DNA from: Psilocybe cubensis
Lineage: Eukaryota
Reading direction: 5' to 3'
Assembly: GCA_017499595.2 (NCBI GenBank)
Contig: CM039008.1
Coordinates: forward strand, 2,108,001-2,172,000
DNA length: 64,000 bases
The position numbers and the translations under genes are program-made. The notes under the pieces were generated by a model. That model did not search any database and was not told the DNA's origin. It saw only the letters and a program-made list of their open reading frames with translations. Position 1 is the first letter of the stretch, and each line of letters opens with the position of its first letter. Shown here one piece after another: positions 11,348 to 24,548 of the stretch.

Positions 11348-11983
11348 CCTAGCTCACGGTGATATCAAATCGACCAAAAAAGGAGAAGGAGAAATAAAAA
11401 ATTCCGACCAAATTGCTGAGGAAGTAAAATATTTATACCTTGTATATTTGTGATTCACTATCGAATGCGATAATTGATTTGACCAGAACAGAGATCGCAG
11501 CGTGTGAAGCGATGGTAATTAGTGGGCTTTATGCCTTGTCGAGACATTTTTAGATCCTTGGCATTGAGGGTTTATCAGTATCAGATCCGGGTAAAATTAC
11601 TCATAAACTTTTAAAGACTCACCTCTAAATGTTGATAATGGGGCCAAATAACTTTATTCAACGTAATACTATGCAATGAGTGTAGACTATCTGTGTAATT
11701 ATAAGTTAAACGTGGTTTGGCGTAGCAATAACTTTTTGACGAGACTTTCTGACCTTGCACTTGCCCATCCCAACAACTACTGCAATATTATTACTCACAC
11801 GATGATCGATGAGGATCCGTGAGTCCAGCCAAGCTCTGGGTGAATGTCATTTGTTGGACGCTCAATTGTGATAATCCTGGTACTTGAGACAGTGGAGTGC
11901 ACGTTTGCGCGTCGACAACACGCGCGGGAGCGGGCATCAAAGCGGACTTTTAAGAAGCGGAGGTAACGGATGGCACTGTCACT

Positions 11984-12905
11984 CACGCCGGACAAAAATG
12001 CTGACCAGTTAGCCTGGGTGTTGCCCTGACCAGTGACGTGACTAGTACCGTGACCAATTTCATGGTGTCACACATTATGTTGTCACGCTAATTCATTATT
12101 AGTAGGATCAACAGTAAATGACATATTACTTGATTGTTTAATATTTCTTCTTACTCCGCACTGAATTACAACGCAAGACAATCAAGTAATTTGCCATTTA
12201 TTGTCGAGCCTACTAATAATGAATTAGCGTGACAACATATGTGTGACACTATGTAATTGGTCACGGTACTAGTCACGTCACTGGTCAGGACAACACCCAG
12301 GCTACACGTCGGGGATTTCCGAATATAAGACGCACTTTTATGTAGAAACCCAATGTTAGTCGTGAATATTGAATACCGTACAAAGATGGATGAATTTCTT
12401 TTCCTTAAACTGTGAATAAATGTGTATGAATATTTCTTATGCCACATACGGGATCAAACTGTAAGAAAATATGCAAGAAATGCTTGACCAACATGTAAGA
12501 TTAATTTTTATCTATTTGTCTATGTCGAGTGGCAGAATCGCTGCAAAATAATTTTTCATTTCGGCAAAAAGTTTATCATACATGGATATTTACAGGTAAA
12601 ATAAATAAAAAAGTTGAAGAAATTCCTACAGATTAACTAGAAATCAACATGGAGGAAAAGATTTTCCTCATAAAAGTTAATCTTACATGTTGGTCAAGCA
12701 TTTCTTGCATATTTTCTTACAGTTTGATCCCGTATGTGGCATAAGAAATATTCATACACATTTATTCACAGTTTAAGGAAAAGAAATTCATCCATCTTTG
12801 TACGGTATTCAATATTCACGACTAACATTGGGTTTCTACATAAAAGTGCGTCTTATATTCGGAAATCCCCGACGTGCTAACTGGTCAGCATTTTTGTCCG
12901 GCGTG
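11984..12905. mobile_element. Foldback MITE family A (~347 bp without its insert), CACGCC...GGCGTG ends, TSD ACT
   Basis: The left arm cacgccggacaaaaatgctgaccagttagcctgggtgttg... pairs with a right arm split by an insertion (...caacacccaggcta [insert] ctaactggtcagcatttttgtccggcgtg). ACT lies at 11981-11983 and 12906-12908. Arms are ~165 bp and imperfect. Confidence 0.9.
12305..12876. mobile_element. Foldback MITE family B (572 bp), CACGTC...GACGTG ends, ~200-bp TIRs, TSD CTA, nested in family A
   Basis: 12305-12504 is the reverse complement of 12677-12876, with no mismatch found by eye. CTA is duplicated at 12302-12304 and 12877-12879. The AT-rich spacer has no ORF. Confidence 0.95.
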
Positions 12906-12925
12906 ACTGTGACAGTGCAGTCCAC

Positions 12926-12935
12926 ATCACGTGAT
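12926..12935. promoter_or_regulatory. Palindromic E-box ATCACGTGAT ~80 bp upstream of the ATG at 13014
   Basis: Perfect 10-bp palindrome containing CACGTG (bHLH/Cbf1-type site) in the proximal promoter. Function is inferred only. Confidence 0.35.
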
Positions 12936-13013
12936 CGCGAAAGCTTTCATTGTTTCGTGATTCTCTTCAAGCAGAGTGCCTCTCTACATTGTACCTTTCT
13001 TTTTATTTCCGCC

Positions 13014-15224
13014 ATGAACCAAGTGCCATGAGTGTGCCACTTTAGTATCTGACTCAAATATACCAGACTCAGAACAGCTCAAAGGCCACAAAAGACACTG
13101 CAGCGGATCGCTGTGGCTTTGCAGCTTGCAACTTTCACCCTAGGACCATCTACTCTGAATACGACATGGACTTTATGAGCCCTGCTTTTGACCAAGAATC
13201 GCTCTCAGAAGATGAAATCTCAGTGGGGACAGTGGCGCAGAACTACGTCAAGTGGCAGAGTTCGCAGTCTCACAACCCAGCTCTTAACCAGCTCATAAAG
13301 TCTAGTGCGAAGGATCCAATCTATTCAAAAGAGAACTTCAGTTCTTCCCGAGGTGCGCCTACCTTGTATCTTTCACCATCCTCTTTCATTTATCACCATG
13401 TGGGACCGTATAGTTTGGCAACGCCAATCTTCTTTTGAACAGATTCCCGGTTTTTCGTTATTGACCACCTCGGATCACTCAGTACCACCTGTATCTTCTG
13501 CATCAGCTTCCTCAAGTAAACCTTTGTCATCCTCTCGTCCTCTGACGTCTCGAACTCGCCCTTCTGAATACAAAGCTCGACGTAAAAGCTCGACCGTTGA
13601 GGCACCTAGTACCGATTCCTCGGTATCAAGCACGATTCCATTTCTTGACAAAACGAACCCGACTGCGTTTTTGGATATTCTGAAAGGTGTTTCTGCTCGT
13701 GTGGAAGCAAATGTTGGATTGCGCTCTCGTGGAAGTGTCCTTGATCCGTTCCATCCCTCTCGGATCGAGAAAGCCAAAAAGAGGGTACGAGATGGTAGCG
13801 TTGGGAGTAGTGCAGAGGCTCAGTCACTAAAAGCCAAGAAAGTCCGCATAGAGAGTCTGCGCCAAGTCATGGACAAGGGAAAGGGACGCGCTGCAGATGA
13901 AGAAGACTTGGAGGGTAGCGAACGTAGCTATATGCTGAGCATCGGATCAACTTCACGAACCACATCCACTGCAAGCAAATCATTGAGTGATGGCAGCTTT
14001 ATGGATGTTGACGATTGCGATAAAAGTATGGCCGATTCGCATGCTGATACCGCGTCCCCACTATTATCTAGGCCTGGATTAACGAAGACCCCTTCGCAAG
14101 CCAAAATGCCACCTCCACCAGCACCAATGACCAAACACCCAACTGTTTCCAATATAACACCCTCGAGAATCTCTACGTCTTTGTACTCATCTTCCTCACA
14201 ACTATCCAAGTCCTGTCATAAACTACCTCAGCAAGACCATAATGGCCATGGTTCTCGACCACCTAAATATCATCCTCTCCTCCTCCAGCAACAAGCAACC
14301 ACAACGACATCCTCAGAACATTCCCAAGCTCGGAATGACGTGCTCCAGCCTCAACCGATTGCTGTGAAAACATCTTCAATTAACGAAACACCTAAAGCTG
14401 AATCACGGTACGATTCATCAGCGATGGACGTTGAGACAATATTTCCTTCTTCCACCCCTTTAGCCGGTAGCCAACAGGTGCGACCACCTGCTTTAGGTAT
14501 GCGGCGCACGCATACATTTCCCGCATCAGGCATGGTTCCGTCTATGCAGAAGTCAGGTGTTTTACCCACTAAACAAAAGGGCTTTAAGCCTCCACTTCTG
14601 CCCTCCTCTCAACCGCAATCTTCCACAAGCAATTCTTCTGCGTCTGGGACGAAAGGATCCACGTCTTCCGTGGGGCATAATCAACCTCAAAATCAACCTC
14701 ACCGGACACATTATGCAACCTCTCGTGCACCTTCAGGAGGCAGCAATAGCTCGACATCATCCTCCGATTCTCCGACCGCCCGTGTTCATTCGTCTTCATC
14801 CTCCTTTTCCACCTCTACGTCCACTTCATTTAACACGAGCACGCCTATATCATCCTCCTCCTCATCGTCTCACAAGACAAGACCGCGTACCCCCGCTAGT
14901 ATCGCGAGGGAAGAAGCTATTGCTAAAGCCCTTGCAGAAGCTGCTGGCACAGCTCAGGCACCACCTCGCAATCGCGGGCCACATCCTCAGCCGCAATCTC
15001 GGTCTCGGGCAGTCGCGCCACCGCCTGCGCCTGCGTACAAAGCAGCTCCTGCGCACCATCCACCTTTACCACCCCAACCTGTACGAGCAGCAGAACCAGT
15101 GGCTATACCTGCTCCAGCATCTCCGGTGCTCCCGGAGCCAGCGAACGGCGACGGCGACTCCTCGTTCGGCGATATGTCATTCGATATGGACGCGCTCGAG
15201 GAGACCATGCGTCAGTACGATTGA
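13014..15224 (+). CDS. Ser/Pro-rich intrinsically disordered hypothetical protein (~700 aa) with an acidic C-terminal motif
   Basis: Exons ATG AAC CAA | 13067-13351 | ~13414-15224 splice in frame (MNQ-TQNSS...SSSR-VWQRQSSFEQ...). It ends DSSFGDMSFDMDALEETMRQYD*. Confidence 0.8.
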
Positions 15225-16115
15225 CTGTCATACAGCGCCACTATTGAGTTAAATTAGTTATGTATGACTTAGTAGTTTACTATTTTCTTTCTCTTATTTC
15301 CTGATGACATTCAATTATTCAATTCTCGACAGGGCACTCGACATCGAAGATCCTTTTTTAATTTTAACGTATGCAAGGTTTAGTTAGGTCAGGACTACTC
15401 ACTCACTTCTACAAAATCCCAATTTTTGCGCGGAGCTGCTTTTTACCATCATTTTATTTTCATCGCATGTAACAGCACAATACCTCCTCCAATATCAGCA
15501 AATACTCATTTTCATTGTAACTATCAATACAATCTTCATTGATTATCCTTACTATCTGTGTTGTGATGTTTTATTCAAGCAAATTTTGGAAGTGAATAAC
15601 AATGTACAAGGCAGGGTTCTCCACTACGACTGGTATCAACGGATGCCACGTATCATTTTTGAAGAGAAGGGAGGAAAAAATAACATAACACAGCAAACAA
15701 ATGATCAGTTGGGACATAAGATGTGTACATGGAATGAAAATGATGGATGGTTGAGTCATGAACAGATAACGATGGGATGGATGAAGAATGAAGGCAAAGA
15801 AACAAGAAAGAGGGGAAAGCGATAGTGAAGAGCAAAAACTTAGATAAGACAGGATGGACCGAATGCAAATGTCATGCTTTACAATAACTGTGAAGATGCA
15901 TCCAGATAATTACTTACAATAGAATAGAGTTGGACACAATGTAGAAGAAAAAGAAAGGAGTGGCGATAGTTTTATGGTGACAAAGATGATGGATGGGATG
16001 AAAAACTTCAAGGAGAGATGGAATGAAGATGATGAGAGAGATGATCGCGAACCAAGACGTATGTTGCAGATGCTAGGAAGTTGATTATTTTGAAGGCGTG
16101 TGGGTGATGCGTAGA

Positions 16116-19100
16116 TTATGCTGGAGGTGGACCCCGCCTCCATGGCGACGGAGGGAAGCCATGATGATAATGACTATGATGATACTGACGTTGATGACCT
16201 GGATTGGAGGAAGATGGAGTCGCGTTATTACCCCCGTTTGCGTTTGAAGCAGGTCCTCCTTCACTGGAACCTGGATTCGGACCAGGAGCAGGAGCAGGAG
16301 GTTCTCGTCTTGCGAAACCCCCGAAGGGATTAACTCGATGGTGATGGGTGTGAGTATGACTACGGCGGAATCCTGTACTGGTGCTGACAGATTTGCGACA
16401 CACGGGGCACGTATTGGCCGTTTGAAGCCATTGCTAGAAAGTCACATTAGAATATTTGAAAGCTTTTATCATTGTATAAATTTACGCACCTGCAGACACT
16501 CTTGGTGAAGCCAGTGGGAACAGTTGCTGAGTTTGAGAACGGGATCTGTTGGGTTATACTTCAAGGGTGTCAGGATGCTGATAAAAAATAATGCATAATC
16601 GAGACATACATCATCCAAACAAATCGGACATCGCTGATCACTGTCCTCTGTTGCCCAATCCTTATATTGGGCTTTCTCCATCTTCTCAATGACCTCAGCT
16701 GGCGTTGACCTTGGCTTGACATCGCCCAAAGTCTGTGCCAACGATAAGAGACTTTCATACGATTCATCAAAGTCCTCATCACGCTGTGCAATAATTAGGT
16801 AAGCAATTCAAACGCAAAATAGGACTGGGGTGCTGCTTACCATGAAATCTCCCAATGGTCGCCCTCGCCGTGCTGCCCCTCCGCCTCGCGCAAATATGAT
16901 CATTTCATGAGGGAATTGTATGCGGTTTCGCCGTACTCGTGCTGAAAATGTCGCAGCGTCTCGCATCATTTCCTCTTCATCCAAAGGACCAGGGTACACA
17001 GGTGAACGATTGGCGTGGGCTAAGTTCTCAGCAACGGTTCCATAGCGGGATCGATAGCGATTGCGCATCGCCTCAATTGTTTGACGGCGAAAAGGGGCTG
17101 GTTCCATATCACCCAAGTCAAGGCTGCTGTTGGCAGCGCTGCCTCTTTGAGTGGAAGGATCACCTGACCTGGAAGCTTCCATACGCATCTGCCGATTCAG
17201 CAGAAACAGCTCATTCTGAGCTCGAGCTCGGTGTGCTTCTGCTCTTGCGGATGCAAACGAGCGAGACGTTGCGGGGTGAGAATATGCATCAGGAGCGGCA
17301 GGTGGACCAGGTCGAGGTGGTCGGATTGGTTCGCGCCTGGCAGGCATTTCTCTGCCTGTCTGGAAAGGTATGCCAATGGGACTGAGGCCACCTTCTTCAG
17401 GAGTACGAAGATCTGAGGATGGACCTGGATTCCTCAACGAGGCAAGATTGTTATCTTCAAAAGAAAGAGGAGGGATGGAAGGAGGTATGGATGGGGCAAC
17501 TCCAACTCGACGGCGGCTAGCATGGTGTTGGTCAAGACTGTGTTGGAGAGTGTTGCGGAACGGTCCAGGCGCAAACTCCGCTAAGTTGTTTGCACGTCGC
17601 AGATTTGCAATGCGAGCCTGATGTCTTGCGGTCAATTGTGCAATATGCTCGCGATCTTCCAGCATGCTTGCGAAGAGGCCATTGTCAGTGGAATTGTCTT
17701 CAGTAGTATCCATCATCGATTCCCATTCCGGTGCAGGTTCAGTTGGAGGTACGTGTGCAGCAGCGAGAGGGACATGCCGCGGTGGTCTAACATGTCGAGG
17801 GTGATTGCCGTTTGGAATGGAATTTGACGGTGCAGCAGATTGATGTTGATAGTGTGATGGCCCAATACCGTGATTGCCAGGCGTCGCAAAGTTCGAATTC
17901 CTGTTCAACATACCAGAAAGATGTCGCGATGTTAAAAGCCCAGATGCTAACACGGTTTGCGCGGCCTGCTCGGCGCTGAAACTGCTACCTAAATCAGGAG
18001 AAGGAAGAGATGGGATACGACCGTAATTGGTGAATGGGTACCGTCTCGGCTGACTGTCGATGTTAGCATCCGATGCATCTCTCGTTGAAAATGTCGGTAG
18101 ATTGCGTTCCGCCAGCGTCGCGTACGGCGACATCCTTATTGAAGTGAATGGCGAACCTTCATCAGTCGGAGAGGTCGAAGAAGAGGCGGTACCAGAGGAG
18201 CGATTGTCGTTGTTCAAGGCGATGTCGGGCCAACCCAGACCATAGGGGTCGGTCCCCCGACCTTCTCTTCGATTTTGGTTAATTGATGACGACGGGCGAT
18301 GTCCAGGATCAAAAGGATTCTCGATTCCCAATTCGCGAAGAAAGGTTCTCCAATAGGCGTCATGCGCATCTGCACCGCCCGTAAACGACATATCTACGTC
18401 TTCGCTAGCTGCGGATGGTGCAGTTGTAGTAGGCGTCGGAGGGCTCCTAGCAAGCCAAGCTGAATGTTCATCCTCCGGTGAAGATAGTGATATATCAGGG
18501 TTGTCAAGGCTCTGCCACGCGTTCTGCACCAGTCTATCAAACGACGACCTCGTGTCGCTCGCATTCATCTCCGCATTTTGCGACCTGTCTCCTGAAACAT
18601 TACGGTGCAACTGCCTGTGCATGGCGCGAATCTCGTCCCATGCTTCCTGAACGCGCCTTAAACCTCGTTCATCGACTTCGCCATCGTCAACCACTCCAGA
18701 CCTCGTGTTGGCCGCATTGGCTGCAGACTCTGCATCGAGTGCCCGTGAGCCGCTGGATAGGGCGCGGATTGCTCTCGCTCTGGCAATTGCTGCATGATCA
18801 TCGAGTCTGCGCCTCTCAGACGCTGTTTCTGATGCGAGCGACGTCGTTGAACCCAACCTTGCATGCGAATGGGAAGTCCGTAATCGTGGGTGCGGTATGT
18901 TTGGTTGAGGTTGATTCGACTCTGTGCGTACAGCCGAGGAAGATAGACGGCGATACTGAGATGGGTTTGGAATTGTCGAGTCCATGGCCCTGTTTATGTT
19001 ATGGAGACGGTTGAGCAGAGACGTGGAATTGGATGGTATCCGATTGGGAAGAGGAATACTGTCAGAGTCCGAATCGCTGTCCATGAGCCATCGTCGATGT

Positions 19101-21936
19101 TGTTCCTGGTGCCTGTCAGCATCGAGTCTTCTTCGGGGCTCTACGTGTGGCCTTTGGAACTCAGACGTGGACGGATTGGGGGTTGTTGAAGAACCGGCAC
19201 CGGTATGACTCGATTGCGCTCCAGGTATGTACACACATCGTGGATTGTGTGGACAATGACGCAGTCTAGAGAGCAGCAAGTGTTGATGTTCATGTGAAGA
19301 CGAGGATGAAGAGGATGGGGATGCGTGCAGCTCAGACCAGGCCTGGCGGAAATTGTTAGCGGAATTAGATGGATTTACTGGCCTAGGCCCAGGTCCAGGT
19401 GCAGCAGTCGTTGGAAAAATGTCGAGAGAGGTCATGGTGGATTCGAGGAAGGAATCGTCGAGAGAAATGCTGGTAGTAGTAGTAGGCGGCGAGCCGCGGA
19501 CAGCTGCAGGCCGATCACCTGGTGGCGCTGCGGTGAATGCATCCGAACGCCAGTCATCAGACATCGACGGCGAGGACAACGATGACCCTGCCGTACCAGC
19601 CATGGATGAAAAATCCAAATCAAGATCGGGCAACGGACCCATTCCGCTTTCCCTCGCCCAGCTTGGCCAACTTCCAGAGGAAACCCTACGAAGAACCCAG
19701 TGTGATGTCAATTGAGCAAGGCCAAAATATCCTAGAAAGATTGACAAAAATCTGTACTCACCTCGTGATTGGTCTCTGAATTGGGGGTTGACCGAGCCCA
19801 TTGGCCGTTGACGTTAGGGTGGAGGAATCGTTGCGTGGTGTTTGCTCCGAATCTGAAGCCTCATTCCGGCTCGGCGTTGGGCTCTGACCACTGCTCATTA
19901 CAGACGGCATCGGGCGAGCAGACCCGGGTCCAAACCCTAACCCTACGCCAACCCCATGATCGAGGCTCCTAACAGCCGCTTCATCCGTGGTGTTACGGCT
20001 GGACGAAACCGATGTCGTATTGGCGAGCGAATCTGAATTGCTGCTCGAAGTGTCCATTGTGGTGAATGAACTGCTCCCGGTCGGTTCTTGAGCAGTTCCT
20101 GATACCGATGCTGACGACGACGATCCTTCAGCCGAAGCACGCCCGCTAGAACCAGACGCTGATGTAGGTGAGAAACTACTATAAGCGTTCCATTCATTTA
20201 CTCTGGCTACGCCACCTGAGCTTGTGCTCAACTGTGACGGTTGTGCTCCCGTAGGTATAGGTTGGCGTTGATCGGCATGCGAATTTGTTGCATTGCTCTG
20301 CGAAACGGTTGCGGAAGCAGCAAGTCGTTCGGGTGTAGACGTATTTGAGGCATCGCCTGTCGAACTTTCCCCAAACGGGCCCCGCTCTTGCATCCAGCTA
20401 TGCAAATCCCGCAAAATAGGCGACGGAAGAGGTAAATCTCTTAGACTTGGGTTACCCGAGATCGAAGAAGAGGAGGAAGAAGGTGGAGACAATCCGGAAA
20501 TGCTCGAAGATGATAAAGATAAGAAGTGCCGAACATTTCGTTGCATTGCCGCCTCCCTCCTAGCTCTCACTTCCAATTCACCCTGGCTAGGCGCTGATGA
20601 AGGAATATATGTCTCCATGGAATCGTCAATCAATGGGCGTTCGTGCCAGTCATCGGCGTCAGTGTCTGCAGCAATCGGGGGGATGGGAGGTAGTGTTGGA
20701 GGATCTGGTGGAAGGATATGCACTGTAGATCGATAACTGGAGGCTGATGTGTCTTGTTCGGAATTTCGCGTTTCACCCTCGATTCCATCAGCTTCGTCTT
20801 CCATTTCCTGCAGGGCCTGCTCCTCAACTTCGTTCCCAACACCATCCACAGAGTCTTCTAATCCTGGAACAAGCGGCGACGCCGGCCTTAAGCGCTGAAG
20901 GGCTGTATTTAACCTGTCACGAAACCCACTGAAAACCTGATTATCGTCTTCAGCCGATTCATCGGCGCCTCTGAGAGGGCGCTGTTGATTTTGATCACGA
21001 CGAAGCGCAGATGTAGGTTGTGAATTTGTTCTTAAGTGGTACATGGCTATAATTACCAAGTCCGATAAATTTGTATTTCAGAATCAATGGGTCATACAAG
21101 AAGAACACACCATTTTGGAAAGAAGAGCCCTCTTGTAGGTCATGATGCTCACCAGCAGATATCTCTTCACCACCCGCGACATCGTCAGATATTATGCTTG
21201 GAGTGCTCTCAGTCTCATTGAGGAAATGATCTAAGAATGGTGAAGGTGATCTTGGAGGAAGATGTCGAAAGAAATTTAAGTCTGGAGGGGTGGCTCTGGG
21301 TAGATGATATGTGGTTTGATGTTGATGAACATGTTGATCGGACGATGACACAATACTCAAGGGTGGTAGGGTTGGAGGAGGCGTTGGTGAGCGGGTTCGA
21401 GAAGGAGAAAGTGGCTGCGACCCGCGCAGAAGAGCTATTTCACTCTCAAAAGCATTGAACCTCGCCATAGACAATCGAAAGTTGTCCTCAGTCTGTTGCG
21501 GAGACGGTAACGGCGCACCAGTCGATTCATGATCGTTCTCTGGCAAAACTTCAGCCATGTCAATGTCCTGAATCACAGGCGTAGGCAGCCTGGGGGGCGG
21601 GTCAATTGTGGAGCGTGCTGTGGGCAAAATAACTGGGAATTCATTCGTAATTGCAGAGGACTCCGCCCTTGAACTCTCTGAACTGGAACCGGACCCTGAT
21701 GCCAAAGTAGAAGCTGTGTTTCGTGAAGCATCCGAGGTGTCGCTGCTCTGGGAAAGACTACTGGAACTCCGTGCTCGTTTGTTGCGCTCGTTCCCGGTGT
21801 CTGCGGCACTACCGCCGGCGTCTGTTCCACCAACAGGGCTGTCCAGGTGAAAACCAAACTGCTCAAAGGATGTCTTGAATGTTGTCGTATTTGGTTGAAT
21901 GGAGAGTTGTAATTGGGGAGGGCAGTTGGAGGACAT
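16116..21936 (-). CDS. Large (~1,800 aa) disordered protein with a C-terminal RING-H2 finger, putative E3 ubiquitin ligase (RNF38/RNF44/Arkadia-like C-terminus)
   Basis: The long ORFs 20995-21936, 19758-21059 and 16808-19801 join via in-phase GT-AG introns. They continue RDEDFDESYESLLSLAQTLGDV and CPICLDD|YNPTDPVLKLSNCSHWLHQECLQ|QWLQTANTCPVCR (C3H2C3). Confidence 0.88.
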
Positions 21937-22549
21937 GACCGTTGAAAGAAAGATGCCCTTGTGAACGGTGCCCTTTGTGAGGCAGTGGCCTCACCGAGTG
22001 CCGACCGTTGCCCGTGACAAATGAGACCTTGATTTGGCTATTTTGGGCCTCCGATATACAAAATGTCTCCCCCCTCGGTTCCAGCTATCCTAGAAGCTAC
22101 GGAAACAATCGATTAGAGACAATGGGGTAGCGTAGGAGGCCAGAAGATTCACTGATACTTGTTCAGGACCAAAAGCAAAATTGAAGCACACCAGTTTTGC
22201 AGGAAATAATAACCCCGTGGGAACTTCACATGGAAGTAGCACCGAATCAAATTTGCTCTTCCTCTCCTGATTGTCCTCCTTTCTTTTGTACCACCTTCGC
22301 CGTCAAGTCACCCCGACAACTAGAGCTTAGAACCGTTAAGAAAAGCGTACAAACGCACGCTACAGAGGCTAGGGGACTTCAGCACCAACCAGTTGGACAC
22401 AGCACGCCAGGTACATGCCTAAATAAAGACACCGTCCAAACGTCTGGTCCATGTAGCCCGTCCGACTGGATCAAGTCTCTTATCTCAAGGAGAAAGACGT
22501 GGACAGGAGACTCTTGAGATAGAGGCTCATGACCCCATCTCTGTTCATT

Positions 22550-24350
22550 AACCTACATCTGCTCGCCATCGCACGGAATTATTGTGACCAAATCCAAAGT
22601 ACAAAGGGCTCCGTTAGAAGCTTAACTAGGCAAGTTTCAGTTCATTCATACGCAATTTGAGCTCACGATCTCACTAGTTAGTATGGGGTCATATCGACAT
22701 GCCGATTAGCAACTTCCGTTCCGGCATCTGCCAGTCAACACTTGAAGTGTCTACCACCTCTGAGGAAGAAACATCCCTATGTGCAAACTGGTCGAATGAA
22801 CCATCGCTTCCAAATCCCAATCAGCCATTCTATTGTGATCAAGAACACCCTTTGCAGTATACTCACAAGCCTACGCGGATGTCGCCATGCCCATACGCAG
22901 GGTACCCAGTCACCGTCACCATTTGTTCTCATACCTCTGCTTTTTAATGATGGTTGATAGAGGTCCGGAATCTGGCCTTTGAACATAATTTCAATCCTTC
23001 CGATCCACATTTCGACATGTTTGACAAGAAACGATGAGGTCACGACACATACACGAACCCAAGCATCAAAATGATATGCTTATCACCCAGCAGTGTCTCT
23101 TCAAGTTCACCGAACTGAATGGTCGATGCCAAGTTGCCTCTTTTTCGCCTGCATGCACTCTTCATCACGGATGAAGTACACAGTCGACCTTCGAAATTAA
23201 ATCGGGTCCCTAATTAGACATCATCAAGTCAAAACATCTCTGGTATCTGGTTCTGAAATGTATGCGTCCTCTTTCTATGGCGCAGCAGTACACCTTCAAA
23301 ATCTCAAATGTCCCAGTGCAATTTCCTTCAGTATCGTACGCTGGCATCGTTCTAATAACGATTCTCCATTCGGCATGCATGAGGCGTCCTGGACACGGTT
23401 TCACTCCATGTTTCTTTTAACACAGCCTTGCGTTCCCAAAAAAATCGTACAATTGTCCTTCGCGTGCGTTAGGAACTACCAACGTACGGTTATTTCTTGA
23501 AAAAATTCTCATGTTCAATGCCTCATTTTGTTTTGCTAGTGATATAAATATCCACTATGCCTCGTCTTAGTCTGCAAAAAGGGACGCATTAGGTCTGCAT
23601 GAATTCATCTTACGATAATGAAAAACTTTATCCGCAAACATGCGGTCAACTCTCATGGCTTTTGTAAGTTTCATGATTGACGGTCCGATTTTTTCAATAA
23701 CACGCTAATGATAATCGCATCTTTGCTCATTGCGAATACGATACTCAGATTGGAGGCTGCAGCTGATGGGTTTGACAGTAACTATTGTTAGAAATTTAGC
23801 AGCAATAACGGCGGTTAACTCTTTCCGACCAAGCGCCAGCACAACGAAAAGAAACTGAAGACCATCATCATGGGGCGCAATTTGCTGTTTTTGAAAAAAA
23901 TAGCATTTTCTACCATTCCTCACTTGGGACAAAAATCATTCTCGATGAAATGGAACATGATGTTCAATGTCATTGCTTGAGATTAGTTCAAGGCTCATCA
24001 TGATCAACTCCGACAATTATAGTATCAGGGGATTCAGGGCTTTAAACACTGATCTACTGATACCCCGCGTCCCTGAAATCATTACGTACTAAAGCTGTAC
24101 TCGGCTGAGGGCCTCCTGATGCGCTCATCAAGAGCTCGCATGGCTGAAAATCTTAGTTCTGACAGGCCGTGCATCGTATTCACTATAGATGTTCTCCACC
24201 TTTGCAAGCATCCAAATCTCATTCACAATAACCTCGACCTCATTTTTTTTCCCGAAGAAGACCTTTTTCGGTGGTGGAAATGCAGCACTTTTAAGATGTT
24301 CAAAGTTGGACCCATAACATGTGGTAAGTGCAGCTTGCAGTGCTGATAGA
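22550..24350 (-). pseudogene. Possible heavily eroded UGT relic(s)
   Basis: Short minus-strand matches to UGT exons in mostly expected order: ~23850 (FVVLA/RLVGK, exon 2-like), ~23590 (LMRPFLQT, exon 3-like), ~22950 (LSTIIKK|gt, exon 6-like), ~22810 (WKRWF), ~22580 (GHNNSV). A separate last-exon-like piece lies at ~24090-24350 (LDACKGGE, SGG.SRVQL). Many stops and indels. Confidence 0.3.
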
Positions 24351-24548
24351 TCTTGGGCGGTATTACTCATCAACACGTTATATGTATTTGGTTGGCAACT
24401 ACAGATTTGTGCGAATATATCAGATTGTGCGGACGCGTGCGCTAGGGGTTCTCGGTCTAAGAGAGGCGCCGGCAACATCTGGATCATAATATGGGGGTTA
24501 TAAAATCTATAAAGCAAATCAACATTCCGAACCAACTCTTCACCCACA

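Noticed and set aside
21977-21994. Small hairpin gtgaggc-agtg-gcctcac upstream of the RING gene ATG
   Set aside because: A 7-bp stem is expected by chance in 64 kb.
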